A stretch of DNA of 64,000 nucleotides from Antechinus flavipes (lineage: Eukaryota). Both the position numbers and the translations under genes were made by a program. The notes below the pieces were generated by a model. It saw only the letters and a program-made list of their open reading frames with translations, made no database searches and was not told the origin of the DNA. Positions 43,859 to 57,000 of the stretch are shown piece after piece; position 1 is the stretch's first letter, and every line of letters starts with the position of its first letter. The DNA lies in contig NC_067399.1 in assembly GCF_016432865.1 (NCBI RefSeq), positions 515,034,001 through 515,098,000 on the forward strand. The letters run 5' to 3'.

Positions 43859-45320
43859 TGTCTCTTAGTCATTGCTGTCGAGAAGATCCTTGCCAGAATC
43901 CTTTTTAGTAGGCTGATTTTACACCCAGAAAAAGGTCAGAACCAATGTGACTTCAGAAGGGGCCAAAGAAAATCCCTATGGTGTTTACTATCCAAACAAC
44001 TCCAAGAAAAATTCCAACAGCATAGAGATTTGTATATAAGATTTATAAATTTGACCAAGGCCTTTGATACTCTCAGTCACAAAGGATTATGGAAAATTAA
44101 GTCAAAATTCAGTCGCCCAGAGAAGTTCATCAGTATAGGACATCAATTTCATGATGGCATGCAGGCCGGGTTCTGGACAATGGGCAATGCTCTTGAGTTT
44201 TCCCAGTCACTAATGGAGTGAAACGAGGCTGTGTGTTTGCTCCCATGCTTTTTAGCACGATGTTTTCAGCCATGTTGTCAAATGCCTTCAATGAGGACGA
44301 ACATGGAATCAAAAAGGCAGCTGCCACACTGATGGTAAATTCTTCAACCTGAAAAAGCCAAAATTAAAGTAGAGTAAGTGTTACAGGTGAATGATTTTTT
44401 GTTTCCAGGCGATTGTGTACTCAATGCAGCCTCCAAAGCTGAGATACAACAAAGCATAAGTCAATTCTCTGCTGCTTATGCTAATTCTGGCCTGTTAAGA
44501 AAACACAGGTCTTCCATCAGCCAGCATTGTATCATCCATATGTGGTAACAGCAAATGCTGTGGGGAGGTTCACTTACTTGCCTTGGCAGTATACTTTCCA
44601 GGACTCCACGTTGAAATTGGGATTGCACATGCATAGCTAGAATTAACTCGGTGTTTGGAAGGCTCCGAAGGAAACTGTGGGAAAGGAGAGGTATTAGACT
44701 GACTGACTACCAAAGTCTACAGAGCCGTTGTGCTAACCTCATTGTTGTATGCCAGGAAACTGAATGACTTCCATTTATATTGTCTTAGGAAGACTCTGAA
44801 GATCACCTGACAAGACACTGAGGTCCTTTCTGGAACTAAACTGCCAAGCATTCCAACTCTACTGCAAAAAGCACAACTCCGTTGGGCTGGCCACATTATT
44901 CCAATGCCAAATGTACACTTACCAAAAAAATGATTTTATGAAGAACTCACACAGGGTAAGAGATCACATGGTGGTCAGAAAAAGCAATACAAGGACACTC
45001 TCAACTTTTCTCCTAAGAACTTTGGAATCAATTGTATGACAGGAGAGACACCTGACACAGGACTGACCTGCACGGCATGCGCTCAGGAAAGATGCTATGC
45101 TCTATGTGCAGAACAGAATTGAATTAGCCCAGAGGAAACTGGAGATGCACAAAAATTAAAGAAGCTAATCCCAAATGATCATAGGGACTTTTTGTTCTGA
45201 GCTGTGGTAGAGTATCCTAAACTCGTAGTGGTCTGATCAGCCACAGTCTGGCTCACGGTAACTCGACCTAACAGTGACGTCCTTTTGGTCCTTTTAGAGA
45301 ACCAAGAACAGACAATCAAT
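43859..45320 (+). mobile_element. 5'-truncated RTE-clade LINE (decayed reverse transcriptase to 3' end)
   Basis: Translation gives KILARIL...QLQEK...FINLTKAFDTLSHKGLWKI..KF..PEKFISI..QFHDGM, then NGVKRGCVFAPMLFSMMFS, RTE RT motifs with frameshifts and stops; ends in ggtccttttagagaaccaagaacagac. Confidence 0.9.
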
Positions 45321-45321
45321 A

Positions 45322-45786
45322 TGGCCCATGCCATCCTTGCTCAACCCCTTTGGTTAAGGCTCATGTGATATCTTTCTCATTCCCCTCCCCCATACCTCAG
45401 GGTGTCCTTCACCTTCTTATAGCTAACTAACTCTTTTAGGGTGCTAAGCATCCTCTATGGATCTTCCAGTAAAGGGTATAATCCCACCTCATAAAATATT
45501 ATTCTTTTTTCTCCTGGTTGTGAGTTCCACTAAGGAACTTGACTTTTCCATTGTTAATTGTTAAAAAACCACTTCTCTTTGTAACCCTCTTGTTCTCCCA
45601 ACACTATTTCATATTTACCATTCTTGGTGTCAAATGCATCTCTTCCTCTTGTCTGTAACCTCTTCTCATAAATAAGCCTATCTTTTGCCAAAAAGAAAGG
45701 CCATTGTGAATTCTTCACATGACCGAACCCCAACATTTGGTGCCTACATAAACCTTATTATTTGGTGCTATACCCCAACCACCTCA
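45322..45786 (+). mobile_element. LTR-like element abutting the PCK2 promoter
   Basis: Non-coding. AT-rich polyA-like ataaataag at ~45669, then gtgaattcttcacatgaccgaaccccaaca-tttggtgcc resembling an LTR R/U5 end. Boundaries uncertain. Confidence 0.45.
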
Positions 45787-45789
45787 GCG

Positions 45790-45975
45790 TTGAAGAGCAG
45801 AGAACACTGAATCTGAAGTCAGAGGACCGAGGCCAGAACCCTGGCCAAGAACCAAATAAGGAAAACCTATATGATGGTGGGCCAGTTACCGAACTGCTCC
45901 GTGCCTCAGTTTCGTCGACGTAAAATAAAGGGAATTGGATAAAATCATCTTCAGAGTTGCTTTCAGCTCTGAATC
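45790..45975 (+). mobile_element. MIR fragment at the edge of the PCK2 CpG island
   Basis: gagcagagaacactgaatctgaagtcagaggac head and gtgcctcagtttcgtc..gtaaaat CORE. Confidence 0.65.
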
Positions 45976-46700
45976 TTTGAAGAGACGTTTTCTTTGAGCA
46001 CCGGAAGTGTTCCTAGGGATCGCAACGCTCATTTTGGAAGACTTTTCCACCAATCTCATAGATCTTCTTCCGTAGCTGTCTCCCCGGAGCAAGAGGTCCT
46101 CCGAATTACATCATGCCGAGAGAGGCGGGGTTTGGAATCAGGGGGTGGGTCCAGGCAGAGGAACCGGAGCTGGAATCGACCATCCAATGGGAAAGATCCG
46201 AGACCGGGAGAGATGGGGACGCCCCGGCCAGAAGGGCGCTACTGGGGGTGGGGATGGGGTGGACCTAGGGGGATGAAACTGGGTGCCAGCCAGGTAACGG
46301 GGTATAATGGTTCCCGCTGTCCCTCCCAGGTTCCGTCCCCAGCTCCGCCTTCCCTGTCTCCTTCTTAAGCAGCTCCCGCCCTAGTCCCGGCTCCCGCCAC
46401 CGCTGACAGCCGTCGGTCGCTTCCCCCGTGCCCCCCGCCCCCCTTCAACTTTGCTCCCGGGCTCGGGCCCCCCATCCCCCAGCAGCCCCGGCCTAGTGTT
46501 CTGCGCGAGCTCCGGTCAGGTCCCATGGCCTCTCTGTATCGCCCCTGTTTGCGGTGAGTGAAGCTTAACCAGGGGTCGCCACCTCCCTCTCCCCAGTTTA
46601 CCTCTTCCCCACACACACACTCCCCGCGGCTGTACTGGGACTTGAGCCTCTCCCCTGCCACTCTCCCACCCCCATCTTGTCTCCCGGGCATCTCACTGCG
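45880..46700 (+). promoter_or_regulatory. PCK2: PCK2 CpG-island promoter with ETS (46001-46008), ATF4/CEBP AARE (46105-46113) and CCAAT (46184-46188)
   Basis: CCGGAAGT, ATTACATCA (= TGATGTAAT) and CCAAT in a CpG-rich region upstream of ATG 46525. Confidence 0.75.
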
Positions 46701-49700
46701 CTTTCAGCTCCCCCATCCTTGACCCCGAACTATTTGTGCATCCGTGTCTCTGGGGTCTCCGAACCAACTTGTCTCTCCTCTTTCTTCCCTTTGGTCAGTC
46801 TATCTTCTTGCTGACTACCGCGTCCCATTCAATGAACTTCCTTTCCCCTCCTTGCCCTGCCTGACATGCTGGCTTTTTCTTCCCTCTCGGGGAGCGCGGA
46901 CTGTTCTAACTTCCTTCCCTTTCTCTCCACGCTCTTCACGTGTTTGCCTTTGCTCTTCTCGCCTACTCGGGTTTAATTCTTTCATAAGCTTGGAAGAAAG
47001 AGTCTCTAGGCAGCAAGGGAGAAGGACCAATAGTGGGAGCTCTGGGGGGTGAAAGGGGAAAATAATAAGAAAAATTCCTTGTGGAGGTGAGGAGCAGAGC
47101 TCCTTTGAAGGAAGTAGGAGGTAAACATCTATTTCCCCGGATTCGCTGGGAACGGAGCCTGGCAAGGAGCCCGGCACAACGTAGGGACCTCTGGGAGTAG
47201 GGCACGGAAAGCAAGGGTGACGCGGGGGAGGGAAACAAAGACCGTTGCATTTCTAGGGCCTGCTTCCTCCCCTTAACCCAAGTAGATCTCTTGTGGTTCA
47301 TCCACCCTGTCTCCCTCGTCCCAGATGCCAACACCCTACTCTCTACTAGCCTGTCCCTGATCCCTATCCCAGGAAGACCTATCCTGGTCCCTTCTCTCTT
47401 CACACACTGCTTCAGCCATCGCCTGTGAGCAAAGAGAAAAGAATCCTCTTAAGGAAGTTGGGGGGGAAGAGAGTGGGGGAGCTTCATCATAAACTTCCTA
47501 AGATAAAGCTACAATCCACAAGAAAGTTTTTAATTCAATTGATTTCAGCAGTATTTAGGCTACCTCTATCCAGACTTCTATCCAGAAAAAAAAAAAAAAA
47601 AAAAAAAAAGACGCCTTCCAAAGAAGGTAGCAGAAGCCTAGAGTCTCCTTATTTTATTACTATGTTTCTCTAGGTTTGATGCAGTTTTGGCGGCACTGGC
47701 CAACCTACCTCCTCACCCCAACCTGCTCTTACTTCTGAAACCCTTTTCAGAGAGGAGGGGGAGGGGAACCAGGAAGCCCGGTGCTTTCCTAGAATCTTTT
47801 TGTTAGCTGTCTCCACATGGTCACTCCAGGTGTCATTTGCAGAAGCCCTGTAAATGGGTCCCTCTTCCAGATAGATAAGGGGGAGGAAGTGGATTCATAT
47901 AAGCCAGTTATGTGTGTTTGGAAGTTCTGCTAGGTGACTCCTTTCTAGGTCTGGGTCATAGCTCCATTCTCTCGGTCTTTGCTCTCTCTTAGTTGCCCCT
48001 CCCTGGGTTCAGGCCAATCAAAGCCACCCCCTCTTCCCTCCCCCCCCCAAATCCCTCAGAATCTGGAAGGACAGGGTCAGGTCAAAAGAGGTGGTGTCTG
48101 TCAACATAGGGCTGAGACACCCTCTCACCCCAGTCCTCCTTGTAAATAGTTCTTTCAGGTCTGCCAGATGGCAGAACTTCTTTCCTCTTTGTTAAAGCTA
48201 GTAGCAGTGACTGGAATGGCCAATGTCATCTTCCTGTTGTAAAAACAGCTTTCAGAAGCCCCCAGCTTGTCAGAAGCAGTTTATTGAGTTGCTGAGAGCC
48301 ATTCTAGAAACACTATTCTACAGAAACTGAGAATTCTATCTCTACTAGCAGAAGTTACAGTTTAGCTTTGAAAGCAGAATAAAGGTACATGGAAAAATAT
48401 ATATAACATTTAGAAAGAAACAAATTCATTAATGTTAGGTAATTGCCAACATAAGGATAAATCTTAAGTATCATTCTGGCTAGTGACATAAAGTTGTCAA
48501 GCAGCTTGGCCTAGTGAGAAGCTGAAAAGCAGTTAGGTGGGGTAGTGGATAGGGTGCTGGATTTGGAATCAGGAAATATTGTTGCTATTTCAGGTGTACC
48601 CACTCATCCTGATCCCATTTAGGATTTTCTTGTCAAAAGTACTGAGTGGTTTGCCATTTCCTTCCCTGGATAATTTTTCTGGTGAGGAAACTGAGGCAAA
48701 CAGGATTTAGTGATATACCCAGGGTCACACAGCTAGGAAGGTTGGATATGAATTCAGATTTTTCTGACTTCAGGCCTTGCACTTTTTCCACTGAATCATC
48801 TAAGTTTAAATTCAGCCTCAGATGGTAGCTGTGTGAGTCTAGGCAATTCACTTAACTTCTGTCTGATTCAGTTTCCTCATCTATAAAATGGGGATAATAA
48901 AAGTACCTATCTCCCAAACTATGAAGATAAAATGAGATATTTGTAAAGGACTCCAAATCTGACACTAAATAGTTATGTGACCTCCATCAATTTCTGTCTT
49001 CATTTTAAAGTATAAAAGATTAAGTGATCCTTAAACTTCCTTACAGTTTCTGATATTCTATGATTGTGCTAGTAATAATAGTAATAATAATAATAGTTTA
49101 CATTTATATATCACAGGCCAGATATGACTCATTTTTTTAACAAATACATATTAAACACACATGATTACATTCAAGGCACTTTAATATGTACTATGAAATA
49201 TACAGATAAAAGTTAGTCTCCTCCCTCAGTGTGCTGTAATGATAAGGAATAGATAAATATGAGGGGAAATATGAGGGAAAAGAAGATTAAGAAAAAGAAA
49301 AGAAAAATCGAGGAAGAAGAGATTCCTTTTCATCTGGGGACTTTGAGAAGGGAGAGAAGGACCCTAAAAGGTAGAGACAAATAAGCTGTATATTTCCAGC
49401 ATGTAGGACTATTTGGGCAAATCAAGGGGACGTGTGGAAATGTCTGGAGATGGCCAGGCAATTGCAGATAACAGCTAGTAATCCACTGTGGCTTCAACAT
49501 GGAGAATGATGTGAAATAAAGCTAGAATCATAGGTTGGAATCTTATGGGGAGGGTAATAATGCCAATTTAAAGAGTTTGTTTTTTTCTAATGTTGGCAGT
49601 GGTTCCAGCTTAAGTGCCAGGAAGACACTTAACCCTCTCATTGTCTCATCTCTGAGACTATATATAAATTTCAAAGAAGGTGCAGCCCTTCATGGGTAAA

Positions 49701-52700
49701 AAAAAAAATCTTTACAAGAATTCTCTGTGCCAGTGAAATTGGAAGTCCAGGCCCAGGTCCAGACCCAAGCAAAAGGGAAGTTCTAGAGGTTTCTGAATAG
49801 GGAGAGGAATGATATGGTCAGACCTATATCTTAGGAATGATATTTTGGCAGCTAGCTGTAATATGGACTGGAATCAAAAGGGAGAGAAACTGGAGTTAGA
49901 GAGACCTGTGAGAAAGCTCTTAGACAAGAAGTAATGAAGGTCTACTTAGTGATTGGAAAGAAGAGGACATGCTCTTAAATATTCTCATACAACCAACAAC
50001 ATTGTCCCCAACAGCAAATATACTCAGATAATCACATGACTATTTTCACATGATATTTGCACATGACTTCCTTATTATACAAATTGATTATCCCTATATG
50101 TTTCCAGTTCCATTAAAAATGCATTTGTTACATGTTGGAGATATGAAGATGAAACAATACACCAGTCCCCTCATCTCAGGGAGCACACAATATAGTAGTA
50201 AAAATAGATTTACATAGTATTTCAGATGTTTCACGATACTTTTATGAATCATATTATTTAATTTTTTTGGTGGGGAGGAAAGAACTTGTAATTTTACTGG
50301 GTTAAGGAACTTTTAAAACAATCTACTATTTTAAAATAAAGGTAGAGGCACACAGACTTAATAACTCATAATTTTTTACAAATCATTATCAAAAATGATA
50401 GCACTATGGAAAAAATTGAATTTAAAGTAAAAATTAACAAAACAGTAGAAAAAAAGGCCTTCTCTATCATTTCTTTTAAATTAGAAAATAAATTTTAAAA
50501 CCCATCCAGCTTATTTCAACATTTTAAACTTATTACCTTAAAAGTCCTTTAGTAGTTTATATAGATTTAACATTTGGGGAGTGTTATAGGACTAAAGTTT
50601 ACTGCTTTAAGGAATCATTCTTGATTATGCAAAAAAGAATATTCAACACCAATGGACCCCGGTCAATTTGGGATTTTTTTTCCATTTTTAATAGCATTTT
50701 ATTTTTTCAAATATATGTAAAGATAATTTTCAACATTCATGTTTGTAAAACTTTGTAGGAACTTTTCTCAACCAGTGTGGATGGGCAGCTACTCTCTAAC
50801 TTATAGTCTGAGAGAGTTACCTGGGAAAGAGAGATTAAAGACTTGCTCAAAGTCACATGACCAATGTTTCAAAGATCTTCCTGACTCCATTGGCTGTCCA
50901 TTATGACAAATTGTCTCTCATCAAATTTGATTCTTACAACAATCTTATCGATAGGTAGTTCAAGTAGCATCTCCATTTTATAGCTAAAGGTTCAAAATCA
51001 CATTATCACAAAGTCAGGAGCAGAATAAAAACTCAAACCTAGTCTTTTGCTTTATGATGGTGAAAATCCAGGGCTACTTTCATTACATGTAGCACACAGC
51101 TCCCATACAGCCTACCCTCATTCCAAATCATCCTCTGGGTGTCACAAATACATTATTGGCAGTCCAACGTGTATAGATATGCTACAATGCACTCTCATTT
51201 CTTTTTTCAGAACAACGCTCTTTTATTATTTCAAAACTTGTTTCACTTTTTAATTTTCTGTTCTATCTTCTGACTTTTTATTTTTTTTATTTTTTATTAT
51301 AGCTTTTTATTGACAAAACATATGCATGGGTAGTTTTTCAACACTGACCCTTGCAAAAACCTCTGTTCCAACTTTTCCCCTCCTTCCCTCCACACCCTCC
51401 CCTAAATGGCAGGTAGTCCCATTCATGTTAAATATGTTAAAGTATATGTTAAATACAATATATGTATACATATTTATATAGTTGTCTTGCTACACAAGAA
51501 AAAACAGATTTAGAAAAAAGGTAAAAATAACCTGGGAAGAAAAACAAAAATGCAAGCAGAAAGAGTGTAAATGCTATGAGTGGTCCACGTTCATTTCCCA
51601 GTGTTCTTTCATACAATGCACTCTCATGTGCTTGTTTCCACCCCCCATCTCCCACCAAGTGTCCACCCTGGTCATCACTCTTCTTTCCTTCTCTCCTAGG
51701 CTGGGTTGGCATGGTTTGTGCCCCTGGGGCTACGCTCCAAGCCGTGGCAACCATGCATTGCGGATAACCAGTGGAGATTTGGGTCAGCTTCCAGCTAAGG
51801 TGAGGGACTTTGTGGAACGAAGTGCCCGCCTGTGTCAACCAGAAGGCATCCACATCTGTGATGGCAGTGAGACAGAGAATGATTCCATACTGGCCCTGCT
51901 GGAACGTGAAGGCCTTGTTCGAAAGCTTTCCAAGTATGACAACTGGTGAGTGCTGGTAACAGATAGGCCCAGAGGCTAAACTTCTGAGGTGCTGAGACAA
52001 GCCAAGGACTTACACAGGTCTGTCTTAGTGAACCAACCCAATGAGAATAACAGGTGAGGAATCCTGGAAGGAAAACTATCATGGGCTGGAAGAATATCTT
52101 CATTTTTATGTTGAAATGGAGAAGATGCAGATCAACACCTTTGAATTTTAGATTACCAAGCCTGCACACTTTTTGCTTAGGATAAAAGCAGTCACAGTCC
52201 TGGGAACATAGTCTAACCTTAATTTGGAGTCTGTAAATCTGATAGATTTCAGGGGCTTTGAGAACTTAGTTGAGAAGTTTCTTTTGTAATTCTGTATATT
52301 TTATACATTTAAAAAGATTAGATTGAGAATGGGTCCATAGGCTTCACCAGATTGCCAGAGGAGTCTAGCACACAGAAAAAAGGCTGAGGACCCCTGGTCT
52401 GAGTGATTAAAATCCTATGGGAAGAGGAAAAACAGGGTCTGTGACATACACTGTAGACCCTGAGTAAATGGGAGGAGGAGGAAAGGGATGCCTTCTCAGG
52501 TCTTAAGTGACCACTATTTTCCTGGTACCCCCTTCCCAGTTGGCTGGCTCGAACTGATCCCAAGGATGTGGCCCGAGTAGAAAGCAAGACGGTGATTGTG
52601 ACGGAGTCTCAGAAGGACACAGTGCCCATCCCAGCTGATGGAGTCCATGGACAGTTGGGCAACTGGATGTCACCAGCCCAGTTTCAGAAAGCTCTAGATG

Positions 52701-54028
52701 AGAGGTTTCCTGGCTGCATGCGGGGTAACTCTGGGCAAGGGACATAGACATGAATTGGGAGATGGGAAAGGTTGAAGCGAGGATTTCTGACCTGGCTTTT
52801 CTTCCTCAGGCCGCACTATGTATGTGCTTCCATTCAGCATGGGCCCCGTGGGGTCCCCCCTATCTCGTGTGGGTATTCAACTGACTGATTCCCCCTATGT
52901 GGTAGCCAGCATGCGAATAATGACCCGACTTGGGAAGCCTGTGCTTCAGGCCCTAGGGGATAAGGACTTTGTCAAATGTCTGCACTCAGTGGGCCGACCT
53001 TTGCCCCTGGAAGGTGAGAATCAAGCCCTAGAAATCCACCCCAACTCCCATCCTGAAAGAAGAGCCTAAGACACTATCTACTGAAAGAGGAAACTGAAAT
53101 TCTGTCCCCAAATGCCCACCCTCCTGAGAACCTCCCCCTTAAGCTTCCCTCCTCTGCCTAAGAGAGAATGCCCCTCAAGAAAGACCTCTCCCCAAACCCC
53201 TTGAAGTTGTATGTCCTTGCCAGAGGCCTCCATAAACAATTGTCCTCAGGGGAGCTGGTGAACCAGTGGCCGTGCAACCCTGAGAAAACCCTGATTGGCC
53301 ATGTGCCTGACAAACGGGAGATCATCTCCTTCGGCAGTGGCTACGGAGGCAATTCCCTGCTGGGCAAGAAGTGCTTCGCCCTTCGCATCGCTTCCCGCCT
53401 GGCCAGAGATGAGGGCTGGCTGGCTGAGCACATGCTGGTGAGGGAGGGCCCAGGGATGAGGAGGACTGGCTGCTGAGGGTGGGAAAAAAAAGTACCCGTC
53501 CCGTCCCCACCAAAGCTACCCCAGCCCTCTTCCCATTGCTCACACTGCTTTGTTGGAGGATCCTTGGACTCTTGGCTGTCCCCAGACCAGGTTTCCCTGC
53601 CTGTCCAGAATTCAGGTGGCAGGGAAGGGCAGCTATTTAATCAACAGACCCTCTTCTTCCCTATTAACTCATAAGGGACCACTTCTAGTTCTACAGACGG
53701 CTATACACAGAGCCCTTTCTTGCTTCTGCAGAACTTCTATAACTTTAGCAGTGTGCATATGATTATTTCCCCTGTTCTCCTTCAGATCCTGGGTATCACC
53801 AACCCTGCTGGGAAGAAACGCTACATATCAGCTGCTTTCCCTAGCGCCTGTGGCAAGACTAATCTCGCTATGATGCGGCCCACTCTGCCTGGTTGGAAAG
53901 TGGAATGTGTAGGTGATGACATTGCCTGGATGAAGTTTGACAGTGATGGTGAGAAGCCTTACACACTCACACACACACACTCTCTCACACACACACTCTC
54001 AAACCCAGATATACACATACATACACGG

Positions 54029-54059
<31 letters not shown>

Positions 54060-57000
54060 AGCACTCACACAGATACACACATACTTTCACACAGATACAC
54101 ACTCATACACACATACTCACACACACACACAGATAGATACACACTCACACAATCTCACACCCAGATACACACATACATGCTTTCTTTCCCATTCATCCAG
54201 TTAGCCATTCCTTAGCTGTTGTGGAACTAGAACAGCCCTCCCTCCTGTCCCAGTAGGGATCACCCCTGCCCTACATACAGCACGGTGCCCAGCATTGCCC
54301 AGGAGCAATTGCTCCTTGTTCAGGAGCCCTTTCTCCTGCAGTTACCATTGGCTTTGGGCCAAGAAGGGCAGCAGGGTATAGAGTTATGAAGTTACTTGTC
54401 TTGCCTCATCTCCCACCTTTTCTCTCCCCACCCTCCTACCTACTCTCCTGACTTTCTTCCTCAGGCCGCCTTCGAGCTATCAACCCTGAAAATGGCTTTT
54501 TTGGTGTGGCACCTGGAACATCAGCAATGACAAATCCCAATGCTATGGCCACAATCCAAAGCAATACCCTCTTCACCAACGTGGCAGAGACTAGTGATGG
54601 TGGCGTGTACTGGGAAGGCATTGACCAGACCCTTCCCCCTGGGGTCACTGTCACTTCCTGGTTGGGCAAGACTTGGAAACCTGGTAAGTAAAGAGGACCC
54701 AGTTAAAGGGCAAAGGTTCAGAGTATGGTGAATAGAGGGAAATGTTTTCCCTACTTCAGACTCTACTTTGTTGTTCATTCTTTAATTGTTTTGGTCTTAC
54801 TTGATTCTGTGATCCCATCTGGGGTTTTCTTGGCAAAGATCCTGAAGTGGGTGGCCATTTCTTACTACAACTCATTTTACAGATGAGGAAATAAGGCAAA
54901 CAGGTTTAAGTGACTTGCCCAGGGTCACACAGATACTTTTTCCTGACTCCAGGCCTGGGCACTCTATCCACTGCACCACTTACCTGCCCCCACTAGATCC
55001 TTGGAATTCCAACCTCCTCCAAAACCACAGTATTACAAAAGCCTTTTCCTCTAAAACACCTACCCCAACAGTCCTTACAACCCAGCAAGAACTTTTTTCC
55101 CCCTTATTCCTTAAAGTCTCCTTGTGGAAGAAGGGAATATTCATCTTACTTAGTGCTCAGTTCCCCCTTTCTACAGCCTAACCCTGGCATCATCCTTCAT
55201 TATATAAATACTGTTATTAAGCTTAGTCTACCTCCCCTCACCTTTTTCCTCAGGCTAAGTAATCTCAGTATTACCCCATAAACTAGTTTTTCAATCCTTT
55301 CATCATCTTTGGGTCCTTCTTCTGCCTCCTCCCTCAACTGTTTCTGTCTCTCTGAAGTTAATAAGTACGAACTCTTGTGGGGGTCAAAGGAGAGAGGAAC
55401 ATAATGGAAGAGAGGTCTCTTTGTGGTTTCTACAGACTGTATTCATACTTTAAGGGTCCATTATCACAGTCACCCTCCTCTATGTAATCACCCTTCATCT
55501 TCTTAAAGACCATCATTAAGTTCCATACTACACTCCCAATCCTTCCCATTCAGTAGAGGAAACCCAGAAAATTAAATCTTTCCCTGTAGGTCAGTTTCCC
55601 AAACCTTTCATCATATTTGGATCTAGCGATATAACTAAGAAGTCTTGTGGCTAATGCCAGTTGCCAAATACATACTCTATCACAGGGTACTGAGGTAGAA
55701 GAGGATGAGAGAGGGTAGAATGGCAGATCACCTGCTCCCTGAATGAGCAGTCAGAATCAGAGGAGATAATGTTAACCAGGTGTCTCCCAGCCCAGAAATC
55801 TGACCTGTAATTCGCAAGTTAAAAAGAACAGTGTTTCTACACTTAGGTGGTTTTCCATTGGAGCATCTCCCCACCTTTAGTCCCTACACATTTTTCTGAG
55901 GTGTGCCTAAGTGCTGCATATTGTCTGCATAATAATCTGCATATTATATATTCGACAAGTTAAGCTAAGCACTGACTTTTATACTCCAGTCAGATCTAAG
56001 AAGAGAAGATCAAAAGAATCTCCTAATGACACACCAGGGATAAACTTCTGCTTACTCTAAACCAAGTAGTTTGTTTATAAGGGGAACTGTCACATCACAA
56101 ACCTCAAATCTTTGATGGATCCTAGGTACTCTCACATTTCCTTATCATGCAAACAATAAACCCAAGCACCAAAGGAGAAAGCTCAACACACTCTTTCTGG
56201 GGTATGGCACTAACTCCAGAGTTGGAGAAAGCATCCATCACCCTGTCCTGAGTTGCAGGAAGACTACCCAAAGAGTCATGGACAAACAGCCAGATACCTA
56301 CAGGGTTGGATTCAAAGTAAAAGTGTCTGTCTCTGTGTCAGGTGACAAGGAGCCCTGTGCACATCCCAACTCACGATTCTGTGCCCCGGCTCGCCAGTGC
56401 CCCATCATAGACCCCGCATGGGAGGCCTCTGAAGGTGTACCCATAGATGCCATCATCTTTGGAGGACGACGACCCAAAGGTATGGTCTGTGCAGGCTCAG
56501 TGTTTGAATTATCTGCCTTCTGGGTCAGTGATCTAGTTCTACATAGGGAGCCTTTTCCCTCCTTCTATACAGGAGTTAAGCTTTCAACTGAAGGAAGGAG
56601 CCCTTCTTCAGAGTTCCCATCTCCCCTACTCCAGAGACTAAGAGGAAGATGGGGGTCCAAGTTGATCCATAGAGCACTGGAAGGAACATGATAGGCAGAG
56701 GGGATCAGTTGAAGGCTGGGAAAAGGGCTGTCTATAATTCTGCTTAATTGGCTTCCCAGGAGTACCCCTAGTATATGAAGCCTTCAATTGGCGCCATGGT
56801 GTCTTTGTGGGCAGTGCCATGCGCTCTGAGTCCACTGCTGCAGCTGAACACAAAGGTAAATCCCATTGCCCATCACTATTCACACACCCTCCCCTTCCTG
56901 GCTTTGCTTCTTTAGGCAGACCCCGATCACTAACCATTCCTTAAGCCTCTTCTTATTCCCTGACCCTATCCAACTTCACATCAAGCCAATGACCCTAAAG

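Noticed and set aside
43784-44327. 145-aa RT-like ORF as a possible domesticated gene
   Set aside because: Frameshifted, stop-ridden RTE remnant that is 5'-truncated, with no intact catalytic region.
53937-54215. His/Thr-rich 92-aa ORF
   Set aside because: Translation of the CA repeat in PCK2 intron 6.
56278-56691. 137-aa ORF extending both sides of PCK2 exon 8
   Set aside because: Flanking intronic parts lack PEPCK similarity, and canonical splice sites define exon 56342-56479.
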